A stretch of DNA of 64,000 bases. It comes from the human T2T-CHM13v2.0 reference genome, Homo sapiens. The translations under genes were made by a program, and so were the position numbers. A model generated the notes under the pieces. That model worked only from the letters and a program-made list of their open reading frames with translations, was not told where the DNA came from and ran no database searches. Where the stretch lies: NCBI RefSeq assembly GCF_009914755.1, contig NC_060925.1; one strand, written 5' to 3'. Below, in pieces: positions 1 to 12,282 of the stretch (position 1 is its first letter; every line of letters begins with the position of its first letter).

Positions 1-342
1 GCCTTCGTTGGGAACGGGATTTCTTCATATTCTGCTAGACAGAAGAATTCTCAGTAACTTCCTTGTGTTGTGTGTATTCAACTCACAGAGTTGAACGATC
101 CTTTACACAGAGCAGACTTGAAACATTCTTTTTGTGGAATTTGCAAGTGGAGATTTCAGCCGCTTTGAGGTCAATGGTAGAATAGGAAATATCTTCATAT
201 AGAAACTAGACAGAACGATTCTCAGAAACTCCTTTGTGATGTGTGCGTTCAACTCACAGAGTTTAACCTTTCTTTTCATAGAGCAGTTAGGAAACACTCT
301 GTTTGTAAAGTCTGCAAGTGGATATTCAGACCTCTTTGAGGC

Positions 343-359
343 CTTCGTTGGAAACGGGA
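343..359 (+). promoter_or_regulatory. Canonical 17-bp CENP-B box (representative copy)
   Basis: cttcgttggaaacggga is an exact match; the StuI site aggcct overlaps its 5' end. Confidence 0.97.
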
Positions 360-849
360 TTTCTTCATATTCTGCTAGACAGAAGAATTCTCAGTAACTT
401 CCTTGTGTTGTGTGTATTCAACTCACAGAGTTGAACGATCCTTTACACAGAGCAGACTTGAAACACTCTTTTTGTGGAATTTGCAAGTGGAGATTTCAGC
501 CGCTTTGAGGTCAATAGTAGAAAAGGAAATATCTTCGTAGAAAACTAGACAGAATGATTCTCAGAAACTCCTTTGTGATGTGTGTGTTCAACTCACAGAG
601 TTTAACCTTTCTTTTCATAGAGCAGTTAGGAAACGCTCTGTTTGTAAAGTCTGCAAGTGGATATTCAGACCTCGTTGAGACCTTCGTTGGAAACGGGATT
701 TCTTCATATTCTGCTAGACAGAAGAATTCTCAGTAACTTCCTTGTGTTGTGTTTATTCAACTCACAGAGTTGAATGATCCTTTACACAGAGCAGACTTGA
801 AACACTCTTTTTGTGGAATTTGCAAGTGGAGATTTCAGCCGCTTTGTGG

Positions 850-867
850 TCAATGGTAGAAAAGGAA
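850..867 (+). other. A-box (pJalpha-type) motif at the box-homologous position of the 171-bp monomer (representative copy)
   Basis: tcaatggtagaaaaggaa resembles the A-type motif CTAYGGTGRAAAAGGAA and alternates with CENP-B boxes throughout. Confidence 0.7.
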
Positions 868-2424
868 ATATCTTCGTATAAAGACTAGACAGAATGATTC
901 TCAGAAACTCCTTTGTGATGTGTGCGTTCAACTCACAGAGTTTAACCTTTCTGTTCATAGAGCTGTTAGGAAACACTCTGTTTGTAAAGTCTGCAAGTGG
1001 ATATTCAGACCTCCTTGAGGCCTTCGTTGGAAACGGGATTTCTTCATATTCTGCTAGACAGAAGAATTCTCAGTAACTTCCTTGTGTTGTGTGTATTCAA
1101 CTCACAGAGTTGAACGATCCTTTACACAGAGCAGACTTGAAACATTCTTTTTGTGGAATTTGCAAGTGGAGATTTCAGCCGCTTTGAGGTCAATGGTAGA
1201 ATAGGAAATATCTTCCTATAGAAACTAGACAGAACGATTCTCAGAAACTCCTTTGTGATGTGTGCGTTCAACTCACAGAGTTTAACCTTTCTTTTCATAG
1301 AGCAGTTAGGAAACACTCTGTTTGTAATGTCTGCAAGTGGATATTCAGACCTCTTTGAGGCCTTCGTTGGAAACGGGATTTCTTCATATTCTGCTAGACA
1401 GAAGAATTCTCAGTAACTTCCTTGTGTTGTGTGTATTCAACTCACAGAGTTGAACGATCCTTTACACAGAGCAGACTTGAAACACTCTTTTTGTGGAATT
1501 TGCAAGTGGAGATTTCAGCCGCTTTGAGGTCAATGGTAGAAAAGGAAATATCTTCGTATAAAGACTAGACAGAATGATTCTCAGAAACTCCTTTGTGATG
1601 TGTGCGTTCAACTCACAGAGTTTAACTTTTCTTTTCATAGAGCAGTTAGGAAACACTCTGTTTGTAAAGTCTGCAAGTGGATATTCAGACCTCTTTGAGG
1701 CCTTCGTTGGAAACGGGATTTCTTCATATTATGCTAGACAGAAGAATTCTCAGTAACTTCCTTGTGTTGTGTGTATTCAACTCACAGAGTTGAACGATCC
1801 TTTACACAGAGCAGACTAGAAACATTCTTTTTGTGGAATTTGCAAGTGGAGATTTCAGCCGCTTTGAGGTCAATGGTAGAATAGGAAATATCTTCCTATA
1901 GAAACTAGACAGAACGATTCTCAGAAACTCCTTTGTGATGTGTGCGTTCAACTCACAGAGTTTAACCTTTCTTTTCATAGAGCAGTTAGGAAACACTCTG
2001 TTTGTAAAGTCTGCAAGTGGATATTCAGACCTCTTTGAGGCCTTCGTTGGAAACGGGATTTCTTCATATTCTGCTAGACAGAAGAATTCTCAGTAACTTC
2101 CTTGTGTTGTGTGTATTCAACTCACAGAGTTGAACGATCCTTTACACAGAGCAGACTTGAAACACTCTATTTGTAGAATTTGCAAGTGGAGATTTCAGCC
2201 GCTTTGAGGTCAGTATTAGAAAAGGAGATATCTTCGTGGAAAAACTAGACAGAATGATTCTCAGAAACTCCTTTGTGATGTGTGTGTTCAACTCACAGAG
2301 TTTAACCTTTCTTTTCATAGAGCAGTTAGTAAACACTCTGTTTATAAAGTCTGCAAGTGGATATTCAGACCCCTTTGAGGCCTTCGTTGGAAACGGGATT
2401 TCTTCATATTATGCTAGACAGAAG

Positions 2425-3103
2425 AATTCTCAGTAACTTCCTTGTGTTGTGTGTATTCAACTGACAGAGTTGAACTTTCATTTAGAGAGAGCAGATTTGA
2501 AACACTGTTTTTGTGGAATTTGCAAGTGGAGATTTCAAGCGCTTTGGGGCCAAAGGCAGAAAAGGAAATATCTTCGTATAAAAACTAGACAGAATCATTC
2601 TCAGAAACTGCTGCGTGATGTGTGCGTTCAACTCTCAGAGTTTAACTTTTCTTTTCATTCAGCGGTTTGGAAACACTCTGTTTGTAAAGTCTGCACGTGG
2701 AAATTTTGACCACTTAGAGGCCTTCGTTGGAAACGGGTTTTTTTCATGTAAGGCTAGACAGAAGAATTCCCAGTAACTTCCTTGTGTTGTGTGCATTCAA
2801 CTCACAGAGTTGAACGTTCCCTTAGACAGAGCAGATTTGAAACACTCTATTTGTGCAATTTGCAAGTGTAGTTTTCAAGCTCTTTTAGGTCAACGGCAGA
2901 AAAGGAAATATCTTGGTTTCAAAACTAGACAGAATCATTCCCACAAACTGCGTTGTGATGTGTTCGTTCAACTCACAGAGTTTAACCTTTCTGTTCATAG
3001 AGCAGTTAGGAAACACTCTGTTTGTAAAGTCTGTAAGTGGATATTCTGACATCTTGTGGCCTTCGTTGGGAACGGGATTTCTTCATATTCTGCTAGACAG
3101 AAG
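2425..3103 (+). repeat. Divergent 4-monomer anchor block XY (679 bp), first of 19 copies in the window plus a 20th starting at 63941
   Basis: Diagnostic strings absent from ordinary dimers: ctgacagagttgaactttcatttagagagag, ctttggggccaaaggcag, cacgtggaaattttgaccacttag, gggtttttttcatgtaaggc, cccacaaactgcgttg, ctgacatcttgtgg. Confidence 0.93.
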
Positions 3104-6100
3104 AATTCTCAGTAACTTCCTTGTGTTGTGTGTATTCAACTCACAGAGTTGAACGATCCTTTACACAGAGCAGACTTGAAACATTCTTTTTGTGGAATTT
3201 GCAAGTGGAGATTTCAGCCGCTTTGAGGTCAATGGTAGAATAGGAAATATCTTCATATAGAAACTAGACAGAACGATTCTCAGAAACTCCTTTGTGATGT
3301 GTGCGTTCAACTCACAGAGTTTAACCTTTCTTTTCATAGAGCAGTTAGGAAACACTCTGTTTGTAAAGTCTGCAAGTGGATATTCAGACCTCTTTGAGGC
3401 CTTCGTTGGAAACGGGATTTCTTCATATTCTGCTAGACAGAAGAATTCTCAGTAACTTCCTTGTGTTGTGTGTATTCAACTCACAGAGTTGAACGATCCT
3501 TTACACAGAGCAGACTTGAAACACTCTTTTTGTGGAATTTGCAAGTGGAGATTTCAGCCGCTTTGAGGTCAATAGTAGAAAAGGAAATATCTTCGTAGAA
3601 AAACTAGACAGAATGATTCTCAGAAACTCCTTTGTGATGTGTGTGTTCAACTCACAGAGTTTAACCTTTCTTTTCATAGAGCAGTTAGGAAACACTCTGT
3701 TTGTAAAGTCTGCAAGTGGATATTCAGACCTCGTTGAGACCTTCGTTGGAAACGGGATTTCTTCATATTCTGCTAGACAGAAGAATTCTCAGTAACTTCC
3801 TTGTGTTGTGTTTATTCAACTCACAGAATTGAATGATCCTTTACACAGAGCAGACTTGAAACACTCTTTTTGTGGAATTTGCAAGTGGAGATTTCAGCCG
3901 CTTTGTGGTCAATGGTAGAAAAGGAAATATCTTCGTATAAAGACTAGACAGAATGATTCTCAGAAACTCCTTTGTGATGTGTGCGTTCAACTCACAGAGT
4001 TTAACCTTTCTGTTCATAGAGCTGTTAGGAAACACTCTGTTTGTAAAGTCTGCAAGTGGATATTCAGACCTCCTTGAGGCCTTCGTTGGAAACGGGATTT
4101 CTTCATATTCTGCTAGACAGAAGAATTCTCAGTAACTTCCTTGTGTTGTGTGTATTCAACTCACAGAGTTGAACGATCCTTTACACAGAGCAGACTTGAA
4201 ACACTCTTTTTGTGGAATTTGCAAGTGGAGATTTCAGCCGCTTTGTGGTCAATGGTAGAAAAGGAAATATCTTCGTATAAAGACTAGACAGAATGATTCT
4301 CAGAAACTCCTTTGTGATGTGTGCGTTCAACTCACAGAGTTTAACCTTTCTGTTCATAGAGCTGTTAGGAAACACTCTGTTTGTAAAGTCTGCAAGTGGA
4401 TATTCAGACCTCCTTGAGGCCTTCGTTGGAAACGGGATTTCTTCATATTCTGCTAGACAGAAGAATTCTCAGTAACTTCCTTGTGTTGTGTGTATTCAAC
4501 TCACAGAGTTGAACGATCCTTTACACAGAGCAGACTTGAAACATTCTTTTTGTGGAATTTGCAAGTGGAGATTTCAGCCGCTTTGAGGTCAATGGTAGAA
4601 TAGGAAATATCTTCATATAGAAACTAGACAGAACGATTCTCAGAAACTCCTTTGTGATGTGTGCGTTCAACTCACAGAGTTTAACCTTTCTTTTCATAGA
4701 GCAGTTAGGAAACACTCTGTTTGTAAAGTCTGCAAGTGGATATTCAGACCTCGTTGAGGCCTTCGTTGGAAACGGGATTTCTTCATATTCTGCTAGACAG
4801 AAGAATTCTCAGTAACTTCCTTGTGTTGTGTTTATTCAACTCACAGAGTTGAATGATCCTTTACACAGAGCAGACTTGAAACACTATTTTTGTGGAATTT
4901 GCAAGTGGAGATTTCAGCCGCTTTGTGGTCAATGGTAGAAAAGGAAATATCTTCGTATAAAGACTAGACAGAATGATTCTCAGAAACTCCTTTGTGATGT
5001 GTGCGTTCAACTCACAGAGTTTAACCTTTCTTTTCATAGAGCAGTTTGGAAACACTCTGTTTGTAAAGTCTGCAAGTGGATATTCAGACCTCGTTGAGGC
5101 CTTCGTTGGAAACGGGATTTCTTCATATTCTGCTAGACAGAAGAATTCTCAGTAACTTCCTTGTGTTGTGTTTATTCAACTCACAGAGTTGAATGATCCT
5201 TTACACAGAGCAGACTTGAAACACTATTTTTGTGGAATTTGCAAGTGGAGATTTCAGCCGCTTTGTGGTCAATGGTAGAAAAGGAAATATCTTCGTATAA
5301 AGACTAGACAGAATGATTCTCAGAAACTCCTTTGTGATGTGTGCGTTCAACTCACAGAGTTTAACCTTTCTGTTCATAGAGCTGTTAGGAAACACTCTGT
5401 TTGTAAAGTCTGCAAGTGGATATTCAGACCTCCTTGAGGCCTTCGTTGGAAACGGGATTTCTTCATATTCTGCTAGACAGAAGAATTCTCAGTAACTTCC
5501 TTGTGTTGTGTGTATTCAACTCACAGAGTTGAACGATCCTTTACACAGAGCAGACTTGAAACACTCTTTTTGTGGAATTTGCAAGTGGAGATTTCAGCCG
5601 CTTTGAGGTCAATGGTAGAAAAGGAAATATCTTCGTATAAAGACTAGACAGAATGATTCTCAGAAACTCCTTTGTGATGTGTGCGTTCAACTCACAGAGT
5701 TTAACTTTTCTTTTCATAGAGCAGTTAGGAAACTCTCTGTTTGTAAAGTCTGCAAGTGGATATTCAGACCTCTTTGAGGCCTTCGTTGGAAACGGGTTTT
5801 CTTCATATTCTGCTAGACAGAAGAATTCTCAGTAACTTCCTTGTGTTGTGTGTATTCAACTCACAGAGTTGAACGATCCTTTACACAGAGCAGACTTGAA
5901 ACACTCTTTTTGTGGAATTTGCAAGTGGAGATTTCAGCCGCTTTGAGGTCAATAGTAGAAAAGGAAATATCTTCGTAGAAAAACTAGACAGAATGATTCT
6001 CAGAAACTCCTTTGTGATGTGTGTGTTCAACTCACAGAGTTTAACCTTTCTTTTCATAGAGCAGTTAGGAAACGCTCTGTTTGTAAAGTCTGCAAGTGGA

Positions 6101-8883
6101 TATTCAGACCTCGTTGAGACCTTCGTTGGAAACGGGATTTCTTCATATTCTGCTAGACAGAAGAATTCTCAGTAACTTCCTTGTGTTGTGTTTATTCAAC
6201 TCACAGAGTTGAATGATCCTTTACACAGAGCAGACTTGAAACACTCTTTTTGTGGAATTTGCAAGTGGAGATTTCAGCCGCTTTGTGGTCAATGGTAGAA
6301 AAGGAAATATCTTCGTATAAAGACTAGACAGAATGATTCTCAGAAACTCCTTTGTGATGTGTGCGTTCAACTCACAGAGTTTAACCTTTCTGTTCATAGA
6401 GCTGTTAGGAAACACTCTGTTTGTAAAGTCTGCAAGTGGATATTCAGACCTCCTTGAGGCCTTCGTTGGAAACGGGATTTCTTCATATTCTGCTAGACAG
6501 AAGAATTCTCAGTAACTTCCTTGTGTTGTGTGTATTCAACTCACAGAGTTGAACGATCCTTTACACAGAGCAGACTTGAAACATTCTTTTTGTGGAATTT
6601 GCAAGTGGAGATTTCAGCCGCTTTGAGGTCAATGGTAGAATAGGAAATATCTTCATATAGCAACTAGACAGAACGATTCTCAGAAACTCCTTTGTGATGT
6701 GTGCGTTCAACTCACAGAGTTTAACCTTTCTTTTCATAGAGCAGTTAGGAAACACTCTGTTTGTAAAGTCTGCAAGTGGATATTCAGACCTCTTTCAGGC
6801 CTTCGTTGGAAACGGGATTTCTTCATATTCTGCTAGACAGAAGAATTCTCAGTAACTTCCTTGTGTTGTGTGTATTCAACTCACAGAGTTGAACGATCCT
6901 TTACACAGAGCAGACTTGAAACACTCTTTTTGTGGAATTTGCAAGTGGAGATTTCAGCCGCTTTGAGGTCAATAGTAGAAAAGGAAATATCTTCGTAGAA
7001 AAACTAGACAGAATGATTCTCAGAAACTCCTTTGTGATGTGTGTGTTCAACTCACAGAGTTTAACCTTTCTTTTCATAGAGCAGTTAGGAAACACTCTGT
7101 TTGTAAAGTCTGCAAGTGGATATTCAGACCTCGTTGAGGCCTTCGTTGGAAACGGGATTTCTTCATATTCTGCTAGACAGAAGAATTCTCAGTAACTTCC
7201 TTGTGTTGTGTTTATTCAACTCACAGAGTTGAATGATCCTTTACACAGAGCAGACTTGAAACACTCTTTTTGTGGAATTTGCAAGTGGAGATTTCAGCCG
7301 CTTTGTGGTCAATGGTAGAAAAGGAAATATCTTCGTATAAAGACTAGACAGAATGATTCTCAGAAACTCCTTTGTGATGTGTGCGTTCAACTCACAGAGT
7401 TTAACCTTTCTGTTCATAGAGCTGTTAGGAAACACTCTGTTTGTAAAGTCTGCAAGTGGATATTCAGACCTCCTTGAGGCCTTCGTTGGAAACGGGATTT
7501 CTTCATATTCTGCTAGACAGAAGAATTCTCAGTAACTTCCTTGTGTTGTGTTTATTCAACTCACAGAGTTGAATGATCCTTTACACAGAGCAGACTTGAA
7601 ACACTCTTTTTGTGGAATTTGCAAGTGGAGATTTCAGCCGCTTTGTGGTCAATGGTAGAAAAGGAAATATCTTCGTATAAAGACTAGACAGAATGATTCT
7701 CAGAAACTCCTTTGTGATGTGTGCGTTCAACTCACAGAGTTTAACCTTTCTGTTCATAGAGCTGTTAGGAAACACTCTGTTTGTAAAGTCTGCAAGTGGA
7801 TATTCAGACCTCCTTGAGGCCTTCGTTGGAAACGGGATTTCTTCATATTCTGCTAGACAGAAGAATTCTCAGTAACTTCCTTGTGTTGTGTGTATTCAAC
7901 TCACAGAGTTGAACGATCCTTTACACAGAGCAGACTTGAAACACTCTTTTTGTGGAATTTGCAAGTGGAGATTTCAGCCGCTTTGAGGTCAATGGTAGAA
8001 AAGGAAATATCTTCGTATAAAGACTAGACAGAATGATTCTCAGAAACTCCTTTGTGATGTGTGCGTTCAACTCACAGAGTTTAACTTTTCTTTTCATAGA
8101 GCAGTTAGGAAACACTCTGTTTGTAAAGTCTGCAAGTGGATATTCAGACCTCTTTGAGGCCTTCGTTGGAAACGGGATTTCTTCATATTATGCTAGACAG
8201 AAGAATTCTCAGTAACTTCCTTGTGTTGTGTGTATTCAACTCACAGAGTTGAACGATCCTTTACACAGAGCAGACTAGAAACATTCTTTTTGTGGAATTT
8301 GCAAGTGGAGATTTCAGCCGCTTTGAGGTCAATGGTAGAATAGGAAATATCTTCCTATAGAAACTAGACAGAACGATTCTCAGAAACTCCTTTGTGATGT
8401 GTGCGTTCAACTCACAGAGTTTAACCTTTCTTTTCATAGAGCAGTTAGGAAACACTCTGTTTGTAAAGTCTGCAAGTGGATATTCAGACCTCTTTGAGGC
8501 CTTCGTTGGAAACGGGATTTCTTCATATTCTGCTAGACAGAAGAATTCTCAGTAACTTTCTTGTGTTGTGTGTATTCAACTCACAGAGTTGAACGATCCT
8601 TTACACAGAGCAGACTTGAAACACTCTATTTGTAGAATTCGCAAGTGGAGATTTCAGCCGCTTTGAGGTCAGTAGTAGAAAAGGAAATATCTTCGTGGAA
8701 AAACTAGACAGAATGATTCTCAGAAACTCCTTTGTGATGTGTGTGTTCAACTCACAGAGTTTAACCTTTCTTTTCATAGAGCAGTTAGTAAACACTCTGT
8801 TTATAAAGTCTGCAAGTGGATATTCAGACCCCTTTGAGGCCTTCGTTGGAAACGGGATTTCTTCATATTATGCTAGACAGAAG
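2425..8883 (+). repeat. HOR variant, 38-mer (6459 bp): XY-A-B-C-C-A-C'-C'-E'-B-C-A-B-C-C-E-F-D
   Basis: Anchor-to-anchor distance 2449->8908 = 19 dimers minus 1 bp. Confidence 0.85.
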
Positions 8884-11800
8884 AATTCTCAGTAACTTCC
8901 TTGTGTTGTGTGTATTCAACTGACAGAGTTGAACTTTCATTTAGAGAGAGCAGATTTGAAACACTGTTTTTGTGGAATTTGCAAGTGGAGATTTCAAGCG
9001 CTTTGGGGCCAAAGGCAGAAAAGGAAATATCTTCGTATAAAAACTAGACAGAATCATTCTCAGAAACTGCTGCGTGATGTGTGCGTTCAACTCTCAGAGT
9101 TTAACTTTTCTTTTCATTCAGCGGTTTGGAAACACTCTGTTTGTTAAGTCTGCACGTGGAAATTTTGACCACTTAGAGGCCTTCGTTGGAAACGGGTTTT
9201 TTTCATGTAAGGCTAGACAGAAGAATTCCCAGTAACTTCCTTGTGTTGTGTGCATTCAACTCACAGAGTTGAACGTTCCCTTAGACAGAGCAGATTTGAA
9301 ACACTCTATTTGTGCAATTTGCAAGTGTAGTTTTCAAGCTCTTTTAGGTCAACGGCAGAAAAGGAAATATCTTGGTTTCAAAACTAGACAGAATCATTCC
9401 CACAAACTGCGTTGTGATGTGTTCGTTCAACTCACAGAGTTTAACCTTTCTGTTCATAGAGCAGTTAGGAAACACTCTGTTTGTAAAGTCTGTAAGTGGA
9501 TATTCTGACATCTTGTGGCCTTCGTTGGGAACGGGATTTCTTCATATTCTGCTAGACAGAAGAATTCTCAGTAACTTCCTTGTGTTGTGTGTATTCAACT
9601 CACAGAGTTGAACGATCCTTTACACAGAGCAGACTTGAAACATTCTTTTTGTGGAATTTGCAAGTGGAGATTTCAGCCGCTTTGAGGTCAATGGTAGAAT
9701 AGGAAATATCTTCATATAGAAACTAGACAGAACGATTCTCAGAAACTCCTTTGTGATGTGTGCGTTCAACTCACAGAGTTTAACCTTTCTTTTCATAGAG
9801 CAGTTAGGAAACACTCTGTTTGTAAAGTCTGCAAGTGGATATTCAGACCTCTTTGAGGCCTTCGTTGGAAACGGGATTTCTTCATATTCTGCTAGACAGA
9901 AGAATTCTCAGTAACTTCCTTGTGTTGTGTGTATTCAACTCACAGAGTTGAACGATCCTTTACACAGAGCAGACTTGAAACACTCTTTTTGTGGAATTTG
10001 CAAGTGGAGATTTCAGCCGCTTTGTGGTCAATGGTAGAAAAGGAAATATCTTCGTATAAAGACTAGACAGAATGATTCTCAGAAACTCCTTTGTGATGTG
10101 TGCGTTCAACTCACAGAGTTTAACCTTTCTGTTCATAGAGCTGTTAGGAAACACTCTGTTTGTAAAGTCTGCAAGTGGATATTCAGACCTCCTTGAGGCC
10201 TTCGTTGGAAACGGGATTTCTTCATATTTTGCTAGACAGAAGAATTCTCAGTAACTTCCTTGTGTTGTGTGTATTCAACTCACAGAGTTGAACGATCCTT
10301 TACACAGAGCAGACTTGAAACATTCTTTTTGTGGAATTTGCAAGTGGAGATTTCAGCCGCTTTGAGGTCAATGGTAGAATAGGAAATATCTTCCTATAGA
10401 AACTAGACAGAACGATTCTCAGAAACTCCTTTGTGATGTGTGCGTTCAACTCACAGAGTTTAACCTTTCTTTTCATAGAGCAGTTAGGAAACACTCTGTT
10501 TGTAAAGTCTGCAAGTGGATATTCAGACCCCTTTGAGGCCTTCGTTGGAAACGGGATTTCTTCATATTCTGCTAGACAGAAGAATTCTCAGTAACTTCCT
10601 TGTGTTGTGTGTATTCAACTCACAGAGTTGAACGATCCTTTACACATAGCAGACTTGAAACACTCTTTTTGTGGAATTTGCAAGTGGAGATTTCAGCCGC
10701 TTTGAGGTCAATAGTAGAAAAGGAAATATCTTCGTAGAAAAACTAGACAGAATGATTCTCAGAAACTCCTTTGTGATGTGTGTGTTCAACTCACAGAGTT
10801 TAACCTTTCTTTTCATAGAGCAGTTAGGAAACACTCTGTTTGTAAAGTCTGCAAGTGGATATTCAGACCTCGTTGAGGCCTTCGTTGGAAACGGGATTTC
10901 TTCATATTCTGCTAGACAGAAGAATTCTCAGTAACTTCCTTGTGTTGTGTTTATTCAACTCACAGAGTTGAATGATCCTTTACACAGAGCAGACTTGAAA
11001 CACTCTTTTTGTGGAATTTGCAAGTGGAGATTTCAGCCGCTTTGTGGTCAATGGTAGAAAAGGAAATATCTTCGTATAAAGACTAGACAGAATGATTCTC
11101 AGAAACTCCTTTGTGATGTGTGCGTTCAACTCACAGAGTTTAACCTTTCTGTTCATAGAGGTGTTAGGAAACACTCTGTTTGTAAAGTCTGCAAGTGGAT
11201 ATTCAGACCTCCTTGAGGCCTTCGTTGGAAACGGGATTTCTTCATATTCTGCTAGACAGAAGAATTCTCAGTAACTTCCTTGTGTTGTGTGTATTCAACT
11301 CACAGAGTTGAACAATCCTTTACACAGAGCAGACTTGAAACACTCTTTTTGTGGAATTTGCAAGTGGAGATTTCAGCCGCTTTGAGGTCAATGGTAGAAA
11401 AGGAAATATCTTCGTATAAAGACTAGACAGAATGATTCTCAGAAACTCCTTTGTGATGTGTGCGTTCAACTCACAGAGTTTAACTTTTCTTTTCATAGAG
11501 CAGTTAGGAAACACTCTGTTTGTAAAGTCTGCAAGTGGATATTCAGACCTCTTTGAGGCCTTCGTTGGAAACGGGATTTCTTCATATTATGCTAGACAGA
11601 AGAATTCTCAGTAACTTCCTTGTGTTGTGTGTATTCAACCCACAGAGTTGAACGATCCTTTACACAGAGCAGACTAGAAACATTCTTTTTGTGGAATTTG
11701 CAAGTGGAGATTTCAGCCGCTTTGAGGTCAATGGTAGAATAGGAAATATCTTCCTATAGAAACTAGACAGAACGATTCTCAGAAACTCCTTTGTGATGTG

Positions 11801-12282
11801 TGCGTTCAACTCACAGAGTTTAACCTTTCTTTTCATAGAGCAGTTAGGAAACACTCTGTTTGTAAAGTCTGCAAGTGGATATTCAGACCTCTTTGAGGCC
11901 TTCGTTGGAAACGGGATTTCTTCATATTCTGCTAGACAGAAGAATTCTCAGTAACTTTCTTGTGTTGTGTGTATTCAACTCACAGAGTTGAACGATCCTT
12001 TACACAGAGCAGACTTGAAACACTCTATTTGTAGAATTTGCAAGTGGAGATTTCAGCCGCTTTGAGGTCAGTAGTAGAAAAGGAAATATCTTCGTGGAAA
12101 AACTAGACAGAATGATTCTCAGAAACTCCTTTGTGATGTGTGTGTTCAACTCACAGAGTTTAACCTTTCTTTTCATAGAGCAGTTAGTAAACACTCTGTT
12201 TATAAAGTCTGCAAGTGGATATTCAGACCCCTTTGAGGCCTTCGTTGGAAACGGGATTTCTTCATATTATGCTAGACAGAAG
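8884..12282 (+). repeat. HOR variant, 20-mer (3399 bp): XY-A-C-A-B-C-E-F-D
   Basis: Anchor spacing 8908->12307. Confidence 0.85.

Larger units (their letters stand above)
1..2424 (+). repeat. Partial HOR unit: A-B-C-A-E-F-D
   Basis: Dimer subtypes read from SNVs; ends at the first anchor. Confidence 0.8.

Noticed and set aside
2694-2699. E-box CACGTG once per anchor
   Set aside because: It is a 6-bp motif propagated by the repeat, with no evidence of function from sequence alone.
2449-3049. Cys-rich CxxC-like peptides (CGIC, CKVC, CAIC) resembling zinc fingers
   Set aside because: This is a by-product of TGT/TGC-rich satellite sequence; there is no consistent zinc-finger spacing or gene structure.
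8635-8640. Extra out-of-phase EcoRI site (tgtagaattc)
   Set aside because: It is a single T>C point variant, not a structural junction.
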